From assembly GCA_046329575.1 (NCBI GenBank), contig JAXLUJ010000017.1, positions 4,891-68,890 on the forward strand: a DNA stretch of 64,000 nucleotides. Reading direction: 5' to 3'. Within the stretch, counting starts at the first letter, position 1. Each line of letters begins with the position of its first letter. This DNA is from Chitinophagales bacterium (GTDB lineage: Bacteria; Bacteroidota; Bacteroidia; Chitinophagales; LD1). The notes under the pieces were generated by a model that worked only from the letters and a program-made list of their open reading frames with translations, had not been told where the DNA came from and made no database searches. Shown one piece after another: positions 19,988-29,280 of the stretch. The position numbers and the translations under genes are program-made.

Positions 19988-21208
19988 TTACAAATTAGAA
20001 GCGAAGAGCAGTTCGAGGTTGGAGTTTTTCAGGTTAAAAAGTTTGGCCAGGTGTTCATTGGTGAGATTGCCTTTATAGAGATACACTCCGTTACGGATGC
20101 CGGCATCTTCATAAATCAATCCTTTAATGCCATTGAGTTCGCCGCAATGGAGGAGGATGGGGGTTAAAATGTTAGAAATAGCATACGAGGCTGTTCGGGA
20201 AACCCGGGAGGCGATGTTGGGAACGCAATAGTGGGTAACACCGTATTTTTGAAAAACGGGATCGGCATGGGAAGTAATACGTGATGTTTCGAAACAGCCG
20301 CCTTGGTCAACACTGATATCAATAATTACGGAACCGGCTTTCATACGCTGCACCATGTTTTCGGTAACAATCACGGGTGTGCGTCCTTTTTTGCTGTGAA
20401 TGGCGCCGAGGGCTACGTCGGCAGTTTGCAATTCTTCATATAGAATTTCAGGAGAAATAATGGAGGTGAAAACACGCGAATTAATTTTTTCCTGAAGGCG
20501 CTGCAGTTTATAAACGTTATTGTCGAAAACCGAAACCAGAGCACCAAGCCCAAGCGCAGCGCGAGCCGCATAAGTTCCTACCGCACCGGCCCCCAATATT
20601 ACCACTTTAGCAGGAGGTACGCCGGATATACCACCCATCAGAATACCTTTGCCCTTATGGGCATTGCTCAGGTATTCAGCGGCGATAAGAATGGCTGAAT
20701 TTCCTGCTATTTCGCTCATAGAGCGCACAAACGGAAAGAAACCGGCCTGGTCTTTAGTGTACTCGAATGCCAAACAGGTTACGCGTTTCGCAATCAGGCG
20801 GGTTAAATTTTCGCGTTTTACAGTGGGCAGATGTATGGGAGAAATAAGGGTTTGATTCATTTGCATCATCTCGATCTCATTAAGTTGCGGGGGCGCAATT
20901 TTGATGATGATGTCAGATTTATAAACTTCTTCAGCGGATTCGCAAATTTCGGCACCCGCTTCGGAATAATCAGTGTCGTAGAAATGGGAGTTGATGCCGG
21001 CGTTGCTTTCGATAACAATACGATGGCCATTTGCCACTAAGGTTCGAACGGCTTCGGGTGTAAGGCCAATGCGGTGTTCTTGAAAACTCTGTTCTACCGG
21101 AATACCGATGCTTAATTTTTGTGTTTTACCGGAAACCATAACCGGCATTTCCATTGGCTCGAGACCGAGTTTTGATACAATGCCTTCAAATTTTTTTCCT
21201 GTGCCCAT
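19988..21208 (-). CDS. ald: Alanine dehydrogenase family protein
   Basis: EHRIGLTP, MSEIAG, VVILGAGAVG, DISVDQGGCFET, HYCVPNI. Confidence 0.9.
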   Translation of the reverse strand: MGTGKKFEGIVSKLGLEPMEMPVMVSGKTQKLSIGIPVEQSFQEHRIGLTPEAVRTLVANGHRIVIESNAGINSHFYDTDYSEAGAEICESAEEVYKSDIIIKIAPPQLNEIEMMQMNQTLISPIHLPTVKRENLTRLIAKRVTCLAFEYTKDQAGFFPFVRSMSEIAGNSAILIAAEYLSNAHKGKGILMGGISGVPPAKVVILGAGAVGTYAARAALGLGALVSVFDNNVYKLQRLQEKINSRVFTSIISPEILYEELQTADVALGAIHSKKGRTPVIVTENMVQRMKAGSVIIDISVDQGGCFETSRITSHADPVFQKYGVTHYCVPNIASRVSRTASYAISNILTPILLHCGELNGIKGLIYEDAGIRNGVYLYKGNLTNEHLAKLFNLKNSNLELLFASNL

Positions 21209-21237
21209 GCTTCAGCCGGAGGGTTGCGTTAATGCCT

Positions 21238-21654
21238 CTAAATTAAGTCAATTTTTCTGGTTTCCTGATTTATAGAGGTGATTTTGACATGAATGAACTC
21301 ATTGGGCCGTAATAGAGGCAGGATGATCTCCGGCCATTCCACAAAACACCAGTTACCGCTAAGCAAGTAGTCTTCCATACCGGCATCAATGGCCTCATCG
21401 GTGGTTTTTAAGCGATAAAGGTCAACGTGATACAAAGTGCCCTGAATTCCGGCATATTCGTTTACTATCGCAAATGTGGGCGAACTTAATTTTGACACAC
21501 CACCCAGCTTAGTGACCAGCGCCTTGCTAAGCGTTGTTTTTCCCGTTCCCATATCGCCTGAAAAGAGAATAATTCTGCGATCGGCGCATTGCGCCAAAAG
21601 CCATTCAGCCGCCTCTGCAATATGTTGTAAGGAATATTCGAAACCAGAACCCAC
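21238..21654 (-). CDS. tsaE: tRNA threonylcarbamoyladenosine biosynthesis ATPase TsaE
   Basis: GDMGTGKTT, SSPTFAIVNEY, HVDLYR, FVEWPE; probable GTG start at 21654. Confidence 0.93.
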   Translation of the reverse strand: MGSGFEYSLQHIAEAAEWLLAQCADRRIILFSGDMGTGKTTLSKALVTKLGGVSKLSSPTFAIVNEYAGIQGTLYHVDLYRLKTTDEAIDAGMEDYLLSGNWCFVEWPEIILPLLRPNEFIHVKITSINQETRKIDLI

Positions 21655-21724
21655 AGCCGCAAAGATGGGAAATAAAAAAGTCTCCCTATGGGAGACCTTC
21701 CATTTTACCAAAACGAGTTGGATG

Positions 21725-22591
21725 TTATTTAATCGGATACGCTTCTAGTAGCGACACCGTGCTTCTTTTTTTCAATTGTTCGATACATTTTTCCTTGATC
21801 TGGCGAACGCGTTCGCGGGTCAAATCCAGTTTCTGCCCGATTTCTTCCAGTGTGTGCGCTTCATGGCCTTCCAGGCCGAAGTATAGCGTTACTACCATCT
21901 TTTCACGATCATTCAGATTGTTTACGAGATTCATCAGCATATTTTCCACTGATGTTTTCATTAACGTGTCTTCAGGGGTCAGATCATCCGGATCAGTAAG
22001 TGTTTCGGCCACCGACATTTCACCTTCTTTCCCCAAATGCATATCGGTAGAAACGGTGCGAACAATATTTTTAAGAAAGTCGTTCACATCATTTTCGGTC
22101 ATGCCCACCTTTTGCGCTACATCTTCTACTGAGGGGTCGCGCTGATATTCCTGTTCCAGGGTTTGAAAAGCACGACTGATGCGCGAATAATTTTGTGCTT
22201 TACCGGTGGGGATGCGAATAATTTTCGACTGTTCGATAATAGCCTGCGTCATCGACTGGCGAATCCACCAAACGGCATAGGAAATAAATTTAAAGCCTTT
22301 GGTTTCGTCAAATTTTTGAGCGGCGCGAATCAGTCCGAGATTGCCTTCGTTAATCAAATCGTTGAGGGAAAGGCCCTGACCTTGATATTGTTTGGCAACT
22401 GAAACTACAAAGCGAAGATTTGCTTTCACCAGCGTATCGAGTGCATCGGCATCGCCTTCGCGAATGCGTACGGCCAGTTCGGCTTCCTGCTGATTGGTTA
22501 GAAGTTCATTTTTGCCGATCTCATGTAAGTATCGGTCAACAGAATCGCTATCGCGATTAGTTATGGTGTTCGTTAGTCGAAGTTGGCGCAT
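21725..22591 (-). CDS. RNA polymerase sigma factor, RpoD/SigA family (Bacteroidota short type)
   Basis: MRQLRLT..TNR, NLRFVVSVAKQY, DLINEGNLGL, FISYAVWWIRQ, LTRERVRQI; lacks region 1.1. Confidence 0.93.
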   Translation of the reverse strand: MRQLRLTNTITNRDSDSVDRYLHEIGKNELLTNQQEAELAVRIREGDADALDTLVKANLRFVVSVAKQYQGQGLSLNDLINEGNLGLIRAAQKFDETKGFKFISYAVWWIRQSMTQAIIEQSKIIRIPTGKAQNYSRISRAFQTLEQEYQRDPSVEDVAQKVGMTENDVNDFLKNIVRTVSTDMHLGKEGEMSVAETLTDPDDLTPEDTLMKTSVENMLMNLVNNLNDREKMVVTLYFGLEGHEAHTLEEIGQKLDLTRERVRQIKEKCIEQLKKRSTVSLLEAYPIK

Positions 22592-22637
22592 GGAACGAGT
22601 TTTGAGTTTTTTACGCACAGATGGCCAAAAGGTTACA

Positions 22638-22737
22638 GGAGAGAGGAGAGATGAGAGAGGAGAGATGAAAGATGAGAGAGGAGAGATGAAAGTTGAGAGA
22701 TGAGAGATGAGAGATGAGAGATGAGAGATGAAAGATG
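22638..22737. repeat. Degenerate heptamer tandem repeat (GATGAGA/GAGGAGA)n
   Basis: Directly visible purine-rich 7-bp periodicity downstream of the plsC stop. Confidence 0.9.
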
Positions 22738-22745
22738 GGGAGCCG

Positions 22746-23483
22746 TTAGTGGTTTTGGATTTGTTGGATCATGAGTTGACGGACTTTTTCTGATAGGGCG
22801 TCGGTATCGGCATCGGTGAGGCCGGTAGTGGGGATGGCATCGAGGAGTTGCACCCGAATGGTGCCCGGATAAAAGCGATAGGTTCCCGATGGCTGTAGTT
22901 GGCGGGTGCCTAGCAGAACAAAAGGTTGAAGGGGAACCTGAGCGGCAATGGCAATCTTAAACGCACCTTTATGAAAGGGCAGTAATGGCTGTTCCGATTT
23001 ATTTCGGGTACCTTCGGGGAAAATGAGGAAGGAGAGTCCTTTATGGAGCAGGTGAATCATTTTTTGGGTGCTTTGCTGACGGCTTTGAGCGTTTTTCCGA
23101 TCTACAAAAACCGCTGCTATACTGAACAGAAACCCCAACACCGGCATATAAGCGAACTCCTTTTTTGCCAGCGATTTATAATAATGCTGAAGAAAATATC
23201 CGGCAATAGGAAGATCAAGCATGTTGCAGTGGTTGCCGGTGAAAACATAAACTTGAGAAGGATTTACTTTTTCCCAGCCTTCAATCACGATCTTATAACC
23301 GCAGATTTTGAACCAAAGGCTGCACAGGGCGCGATTGGCTTTGTAGGCGTTAAGGGTGCGTTGTTTATCGTTTTGGAAATACACGGCCGCGTAGGCAAAC
23401 AGCAGCAGGATGAGCACCAAACTAAAGGTGACGATGCACCAGACACTGTAGAAGAAAGTAAAAACACTACGCAGCAATCGCAT
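22746..23483 (-). CDS. 1-acyl-sn-glycerol-3-phosphate acyltransferase (PlsC family), paralog 1
   Basis: NHCNMLD, FVDR, FPEGTR, FHKGAF; start likely MRLLRS at 23483. Confidence 0.92.
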   Translation of the reverse strand: MRLLRSVFTFFYSVWCIVTFSLVLILLLFAYAAVYFQNDKQRTLNAYKANRALCSLWFKICGYKIVIEGWEKVNPSQVYVFTGNHCNMLDLPIAGYFLQHYYKSLAKKEFAYMPVLGFLFSIAAVFVDRKNAQSRQQSTQKMIHLLHKGLSFLIFPEGTRNKSEQPLLPFHKGAFKIAIAAQVPLQPFVLLGTRQLQPSGTYRFYPGTIRVQLLDAIPTTGLTDADTDALSEKVRQLMIQQIQNH

Positions 23484-23625
23484 GGTTGAATTTAAGGAAA
23501 ACCTGAAAAAAGAGAAAAGGAATTGGGTAAAAGGCACAAGCCGGGCGTTTTGCGCCAGCGGGCGACAGGGCTGCGCCGGAGGCTGTCTTGTCCTAAAATA
23601 GGTTTACACAAAATGTAAACTATAA

Positions 23626-24051
23626 ATGGACACAAAACAAGAACAAGATCCGAAACGACCTGCAGGCTCTTATTATTATTCACCAACATTTAAACAGCAA
23701 GTTATAGATGAATATCTTCAGACAGGTCAGCCCAAAGAGCACATTGAGCGCAAATATGGCCTGAGCGGCCATGGCATAATTTGCAAGTGGCTACGAAAAG
23801 CAGGTTATGCGGATCCTTATGCACCAAAAGTATTACGTAATTTTGCGGCACTAAACGATTTTCCTTTGTCTCAATCAAAAGATCCGCAAAAGCAGTCGCA
23901 GGCGTCTCTCAGTATATTGGAGGCTGAAATTGCTCGTTTAAAGAAACGTTTGGCAGACGAACAACTTCGTTCGGAGCTCTATGAGCGTATGATTACGCTG
24001 GCCGAAAAGGAATATAAGATTGCCATCCGAAAAAACTCCAACACCAAGTAA
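23626..24051 (+). CDS. IS3 OrfA (HTH DNA-binding)
   Basis: YSPTFKQQVIDEY...KYGL...KWLRK, coiled coil; ends with A6C slippery site at 24030-24036. Confidence 0.88.
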   Translation: MDTKQEQDPKRPAGSYYYSPTFKQQVIDEYLQTGQPKEHIERKYGLSGHGIICKWLRKAGYADPYAPKVLRNFAALNDFPLSQSKDPQKQSQASLSILEAEIARLKKRLADEQLRSELYERMITLAEKEYKIAIRKNSNTK

Positions 24052-24967
24052 TCCGTGAAACTAAAGACAGCCGACCCCAAACAAGTCTGGTTCGATGCTG
24101 TTGTTTACTTGGTATAACCAGACAGGCTTATTATCAACAACAGTGGCGACAGCAAACCAACTCTTTTGAAGAGGAACTGGTATTACAGCAAGTCCATCAA
24201 ATTCGGCGGCTTCAACCTGCCATTGGTGGCCGTAAACTGCTGTTGCTTTTGCAGCCATTTTTATTGGAACATCAAATCAAAATGGGACGCGATGCGCTAT
24301 TTGATCTATTGGCAGCTCACAAATTATTAATTAGAAAAAAACGTAGGAAAATGACTACCACACAATCTAACCACTGGTTCCGCAAATACCCCAATATCAT
24401 ACGCGGCTTTACGCCTACATCTTCTAATCAGTTATGGGTATCGGATATTACCTATTACAAAACCGCCTTGGGATTTAGATATATCAGCTTCATAACCGAT
24501 GCCTACAGCAGGAAAATCGTTGGGCATCATGTAGCGGATAGTCTTGAGGCAATACATACAATTAAAGCTTTGGAAATGGCTATTTCTATGAGCTATGGGC
24601 CGTTGTCCGGACTAATCCATCATTCTGACCGCGGCATACAGTATTGTTCGGCTGATTACGTAAAACTATTAGAAGCTAACCACATCAAAATCAGTATGAC
24701 TGAAAACGGGGACCCATTGAAAACGCTATCGCTGAACGTGTAAATGGGATTTTGAAAGAAGAATTTTTAAACCATTACCAGCCGACAGATGGGCAATTAA
24801 TGGAAATCCTAACACGTTCTGTTTTGATTTATAATGAAGTTCGACCCCATATGAGCTGCAACATGCTGACCCCTGAAGACGTTCATCGAAATAACCTTCC
24901 AATTCATAGGACATGGAAGAATTATTACCGGCCAAAAACTACATTTGTAAACTCCAATCAGGATTAA
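24030..24967 (+). pseudogene. IS3 OrfB DDE transposase with an extra 1-nt frameshift near 24719
   Basis: -1 frame from the slippery site reads KKLQHQ...LGITRQAYY...WVSDITY...HHSDRGIQY...ENGDPL; the expected ENAIAERVNGILKEE continues in another frame. Confidence 0.82.
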
Positions 24968-25032
24968 GCCTGAATTGTAAACCTATAACAGGACTTATTT
25001 TTTAACCTGTAAACTTTTTTTAGGACGATACA

Positions 25033-25130
25033 GGCGCAGGTGCGTAACGAAGTGGAGCACGGGAGGCGAAGCCGTACCCCGAAAGCACGCGGTGCCGCAC
25101 GGCCGAGGAACGAGGCCCGCGGCAGGCGCC
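25033..25130 (+). repeat. Dispersed structured repeat, copy 4 (interrupted by IS3; 5' part about 23539-23583)
   Basis: Rejoined site gives hairpin CTGCGCC-GGA-GGCGCAG then GTGCG...GCAC and GAAAGCACGCGGTG...GAGGAACGAG...CCGCGGCAG, matching rc of 36099-36259. Confidence 0.85.
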
Positions 25131-25136
25131 AAGAAA

Positions 25137-25227
25137 GATGAAAGATGAAAGATGAAAGATGAAAGATGAAAGATGAAAGATGAAAGATGAAAGATGAAAG
25201 ATGAAAGATGAAAGATGAAAGATGAGA
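25137..25227. repeat. Heptamer tandem repeat (GATGAAA) x12 perfect plus one variant
   Basis: Directly visible; ends 1 nt from the plsC paralog 2 stop. Confidence 0.97.
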
Positions 25228-25228
25228 G

Positions 25229-25987
25229 TTAGGGAGTGGATTTGAAAAGAACATCTTCTTTGGCCAGTACGTTGCCAATAAGTTGGCGGGTTCGTTCTTT
25301 GAGAGCGTGGGTATCATCGGCCGTCATGCCTTTGGTATCGATGGGATCGAGGAAGCGAACCGTAACGGTGCCCGGGAAAACAAAATTAGAATCAACGGGT
25401 TGGAGGTGGCGGATGTTGAGCAATACAAAGGGTGCAATATAGGCTTGTGCTTCAATGGCCACTTTAAAAGCCCCATCATAAAATTCTTTCACCGGTTCGG
25501 GGGTTCGGTTACGAGTTCCTTCAGGAAAAATGAGCAGCGAAAGTCCGCCTTTCATCCATTCGATCATTTTTTCGGTACTGCGTTTACGGCTTTCGGGGTC
25601 TTTGCGGTCAACGGGCAAGGAGGTCATGGAAAGCAATTGGCCAAAAACCGGCATTTTGAGCAATTCTTTTTTCACGAGCGGCTTGTAATAATGTTTGATT
25701 ACGGAAGCGGTAATAGGAATATCGAGCATATTGGAATGATTGCAAACGAAGGCATAGACCTTATCGTTCGAAATTTTTTCACGGCCTTCCACTTTCACCC
25801 AAATGCCTGAAAGGGGGCTCCAGATGCGGAGCAGGAAAAAATCGTTCAAAATGTAGATGATTCGCATGCGGGTGCGATCGTTGCGAATGAGCAGCAGTGG
25901 CACATACAGCAGCAGCATGGCTACCAGGCAGAGGAAAAATAACAGCCCCACATAAAAGCTATAAATGCCGCTTAATATTTTTTTCAT
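25229..25987 (-). CDS. 1-acyl-sn-glycerol-3-phosphate acyltransferase (PlsC family), paralog 2
   Basis: NHSNMLD, PVDR, FPEGTR, FYDGAF. Confidence 0.92.
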   Translation of the reverse strand: MKKILSGIYSFYVGLLFFLCLVAMLLLYVPLLLIRNDRTRMRIIYILNDFFLLRIWSPLSGIWVKVEGREKISNDKVYAFVCNHSNMLDIPITASVIKHYYKPLVKKELLKMPVFGQLLSMTSLPVDRKDPESRKRSTEKMIEWMKGGLSLLIFPEGTRNRTPEPVKEFYDGAFKVAIEAQAYIAPFVLLNIRHLQPVDSNFVFPGTVTVRFLDPIDTKGMTADDTHALKERTRQLIGNVLAKEDVLFKSTP

Positions 25988-26017
25988 GCAGCGAATATAG
26001 CAGGGAAGCGGGAAGGG

Positions 26018-29000
26018 TTAGAATAACTTTGTTTGTTCGTTCGATTCTATTTTTTTTCGATCGAAATAATCTCCGAATTTTTCTTTCCAATAAGAGTTGA
26101 GAATCTGTTGGCGAAGTTTTTTTTCAGAAGTAATTTCTGCGACGAGTTTTTCCAACTCTAGTGCAAATTTAGAGGTGTTTTTAGCAATGAATTTTCCATT
26201 GGAAAGCAGATATTTCAATTCTTCAAGGTAAACTTTTAGCTCCACTTTACCTCTGAGCGTTTTTACGCTTTTCAAACTTTGAGATTTTTTAATCCGGGAA
26301 TCAATAAGCTGGAATGTAGCTGAATACATGTCAAGCAGTATCTGTTCCCGCTCATTCCTGTCCTTGTATCCTAACTTTTCAAGAATCACATCATCCAGAT
26401 GAAGCCTGACCGGATTTACGGCGTTTAGCGAAGTGCCATCACCTAGTTCCTCGCGGTAGTTTTTCGTTTCTAACAATTCAATAGGTTCGTCAGTTAAATC
26501 AATATCGGCAATTAAAGATTGCGCCAAATGGAATGTTTCGATCCGGCCAGCCCCATCTCCTAAATTGGTTTTCATGATCAGTTGCTGATTGAGCCAAAAG
26601 AGCGTGCTGTTCAGGTAAAGGAATATACTTTTCGTATTTCCACTTGTATATATATTATAAAAATTGTTGCTGCTGTAAAACTCACCTTGAATGGTTTTTC
26701 CTACATCGTTTATGATATGGTTAAAAGAAAGTTGAGGAATTTTGCGGTGACCGATGTGAAACCAAGGCGTACGTGCGCTGCATGTAGATCGCAGATGAAT
26801 TTCCTTTTGCATACCGTGTTTGATATATTGGAACAGGAATGGATATTTTTTGCGAACCACGTCCTCTGCGATTTCATCTTTAGGGAGACATATGAAAAAG
26901 GTTTTTAGCGTACCGGAATTTATCGAATAGGTGTTAGCCGCTTTCGGGCTTACCAGAATTGGCTGCAACACAGCTTCTTCGAGTAACCATAGTTCGTTTA
27001 GGCCATTAAGCATAAGCCTAAGTCCCATTTTTTTTAATGAAAAGATGTCACCGACGTTATTCAATGTGGCTGCCAACAGTTCAGGAGTAGCGCTATCCGA
27101 TTGATCTTTTAAAATAAAGAACTCATTACATCCCGTTTTTATTCCAAATGATACATCTTCAACCAGTTCTGACAATGGTTTAAAGTGCGCTGCACATTTT
27201 TCCAAAACATTAATATAAACCTGCGGCGCTTTCAATAACTGGCCCCATTGCGTCACATGCTGCAGATTCTCTTGTGGAATGCAGTTGATTCTGAATAATG
27301 GGTTGGTTAATGATTCATCTATTTTTTGGAGATAATCATGTAGATGCATTGCATTTCCGAAATGCTGAATAGTTTCCTGAAGTGGTTTTGAAAAATAGAT
27401 GAAGCGAACTATGTTTTTATCGCGTTTTTCTTGGTTTTTCTGTTTCCTTAATATGACGATTGTGGTGTTGACCGATGCTGAAGGGAAAAAACGTTCCACT
27501 TCGCTGTCAACAATGGCAATAATCTCAAATGTTCGAAGCAGGAATTGCTGCATCCCTATGCCGTAGTCGGTATCCAACCAACTGTTTTGGCAGATGAAGG
27601 CGATATACCCCTCATCTTTTAAAAAGGCCGCAGCATGGTAAAAAAAGTAGGCGTAGATAGAAGTGCGTTGCGATGGGTAAAAATGGAATTCCTTATAAAT
27701 TAACGACTGGATCTGGGTCTTTGATTGGGTTCCAATCATTGTTCCTATATCCTCTTGGCGAGTGTAAGGTGGGTTTCCAATTATGGCATCAAATTTTGGC
27801 AGTTTGATCTTTTCCTTCCTCCCATTTGGATCGTGCATGATCACCTCACTGTTTGGAGAAATAGAAAAGAAATCGTGATTGGAAATACGAGGATAGCTTG
27901 GCCTTCTTGTATTACGTATGGCTAGATTTAGCATGCTCAGATAAGCGGGATATCCAGATAGGTCATTGCCGAAAATCTGAGTTAGCAGGATTTCATGTCT
28001 AAGGTCAATGTCTTGCTCAAAAGACAATTGTTTTTTTCGTTCGTATGCCCGAACCAAAAATGTACCTGAACCGCACGATGGATCAAATATTTTGTCGTTT
28101 GCATGATGAATGGCAAATGCATTCATGAAGTCGATTACATGCGGCGGTGTGAAGTATTGTCCAAGTTTATGGCGCTCGTCTTCCCTAATTAATTCCTCAA
28201 AAATCCTACCGATGATGTCATAAGGAATTTCACTGAAATTGTAGTGATCCCCTGTATCAATTACCTCTGAGATCAGGTCAACTACGGCATCGCTTGTGAA
28301 CGGGATTTTAAAGACAACATCACTTCTTTCACCTATCAGCAGTTCAAAATTTCCAGTGGCTTCGCGAAAGGCTTCAAAATAAGCCCAGATCTGATCTTCG
28401 GCATCAGCGGCATTTTTTACCGGATGCTTTAGTTTCATTTTTGATAGCTCGCTCCATGTTTGATTGTCTACATACGACTTATAGAAAATCAGTTTTGAGA
28501 TGAGCATCAAAATGGCGATGTGGGTGATCTTCTCAAGTTCTTCTGCCGAGGTTGGTTTGCTCCACAACTGGCTTTTTGCATATCGGCCAATGTCGCGATT
28601 GAAGTCTTTGTCATTCTGATACCGTTCGAACACTTTAGTGCTGATCGATATTCCATAGTATTCGATTAGTTTCCGGATCTTGAATATGAAAAGTTCGTCA
28701 GGCTGACTAAATTTTACCGGCTGATTGTTTAAAATTTCTTCAGCGCGGTCGAGATAAAAATTGCCGATACTCCGTAGGCGCTGACGGATATCGCGGGTTA
28801 CAAGAAAGTTGTTTCGGAGAACCGCAATTTCTGATAACGTGAAGAGGCCTTCGTGAATACTAACCTTTTCAAAAATTTTATCTTTATCAAAAAACGCGCA
28901 AGCAAGAAAGTTGCAGTTCCCAAAATACTTGATGTCAAGTTTTTGCGCCCTACCTACTTCTCGCATCAATATTTTGCTGTCAAAAACACTTCTGCCATCG

Positions 29001-29185
29001 CCTGCGGTCGGATCTTTCAGTTCCAGAAAAAAAATAGGCTTGCCGGAAGCCGACTTTAAAGTAATATCTGCCTTATGCTCCTCGGTAGTAGTGTAGGGTG
29101 ATATTTTACCTGAAAGACCACGTTCCTCTATAAGTTCTGAAAAGATGGTGTTTAAGCTTCCCTGAAGCTGACGCTCTATTCGCAT
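26018..29185 (-). CDS. Fused restriction endonuclease/N6-adenine methyltransferase (type IIG-like)
   Basis: N-terminal AD...ELK nuclease-like motif; GQYFTP, DPSCGSGTFL (motif I), IIGNPPY (motif IV); C-terminal TRD-like region (GIKTG). Confidence 0.82.
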   Translation of the reverse strand: MRIERQLQGSLNTIFSELIEERGLSGKISPYTTTEEHKADITLKSASGKPIFFLELKDPTAGDGRSVFDSKILMREVGRAQKLDIKYFGNCNFLACAFFDKDKIFEKVSIHEGLFTLSEIAVLRNNFLVTRDIRQRLRSIGNFYLDRAEEILNNQPVKFSQPDELFIFKIRKLIEYYGISISTKVFERYQNDKDFNRDIGRYAKSQLWSKPTSAEELEKITHIAILMLISKLIFYKSYVDNQTWSELSKMKLKHPVKNAADAEDQIWAYFEAFREATGNFELLIGERSDVVFKIPFTSDAVVDLISEVIDTGDHYNFSEIPYDIIGRIFEELIREDERHKLGQYFTPPHVIDFMNAFAIHHANDKIFDPSCGSGTFLVRAYERKKQLSFEQDIDLRHEILLTQIFGNDLSGYPAYLSMLNLAIRNTRRPSYPRISNHDFFSISPNSEVIMHDPNGRKEKIKLPKFDAIIGNPPYTRQEDIGTMIGTQSKTQIQSLIYKEFHFYPSQRTSIYAYFFYHAAAFLKDEGYIAFICQNSWLDTDYGIGMQQFLLRTFEIIAIVDSEVERFFPSASVNTTIVILRKQKNQEKRDKNIVRFIYFSKPLQETIQHFGNAMHLHDYLQKIDESLTNPLFRINCIPQENLQHVTQWGQLLKAPQVYINVLEKCAAHFKPLSELVEDVSFGIKTGCNEFFILKDQSDSATPELLAATLNNVGDIFSLKKMGLRLMLNGLNELWLLEEAVLQPILVSPKAANTYSINSGTLKTFFICLPKDEIAEDVVRKKYPFLFQYIKHGMQKEIHLRSTCSARTPWFHIGHRKIPQLSFNHIINDVGKTIQGEFYSSNNFYNIYTSGNTKSIFLYLNSTLFWLNQQLIMKTNLGDGAGRIETFHLAQSLIADIDLTDEPIELLETKNYREELGDGTSLNAVNPVRLHLDDVILEKLGYKDRNEREQILLDMYSATFQLIDSRIKKSQSLKSVKTLRGKVELKVYLEELKYLLSNGKFIAKNTSKFALELEKLVAEITSEKKLRQQILNSYWKEKFGDYFDRKKIESNEQTKLF

Positions 29186-29280
29186 TCGAAATTAACCGCA
29201 TGTGGCATACGGCTAAATTATCAAAATGATAATTAAAAAGAAAACGGGTGCATGAAAATTTACAATCAGTAATAACAGCT

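Larger units (their letters stand above)
23584..25032 (+). mobile_element. IS3-family insertion sequence
   Basis: TG...CA ends; about 25-bp IRs TGTCTTGTCCTAAAATAGGTTTACA / rc TGTATCGTCCTAAAAAAAGTTTACA; 3-bp TSD GGC (23581-23583, 25033-25035); orfA/orfB layout. Confidence 0.95.

Noticed and set aside
24964..25317. ORF with repeated HLSSFIF
   Set aside because: Translation artefact of the (GATGAAA)n array, the repeat and the IS end
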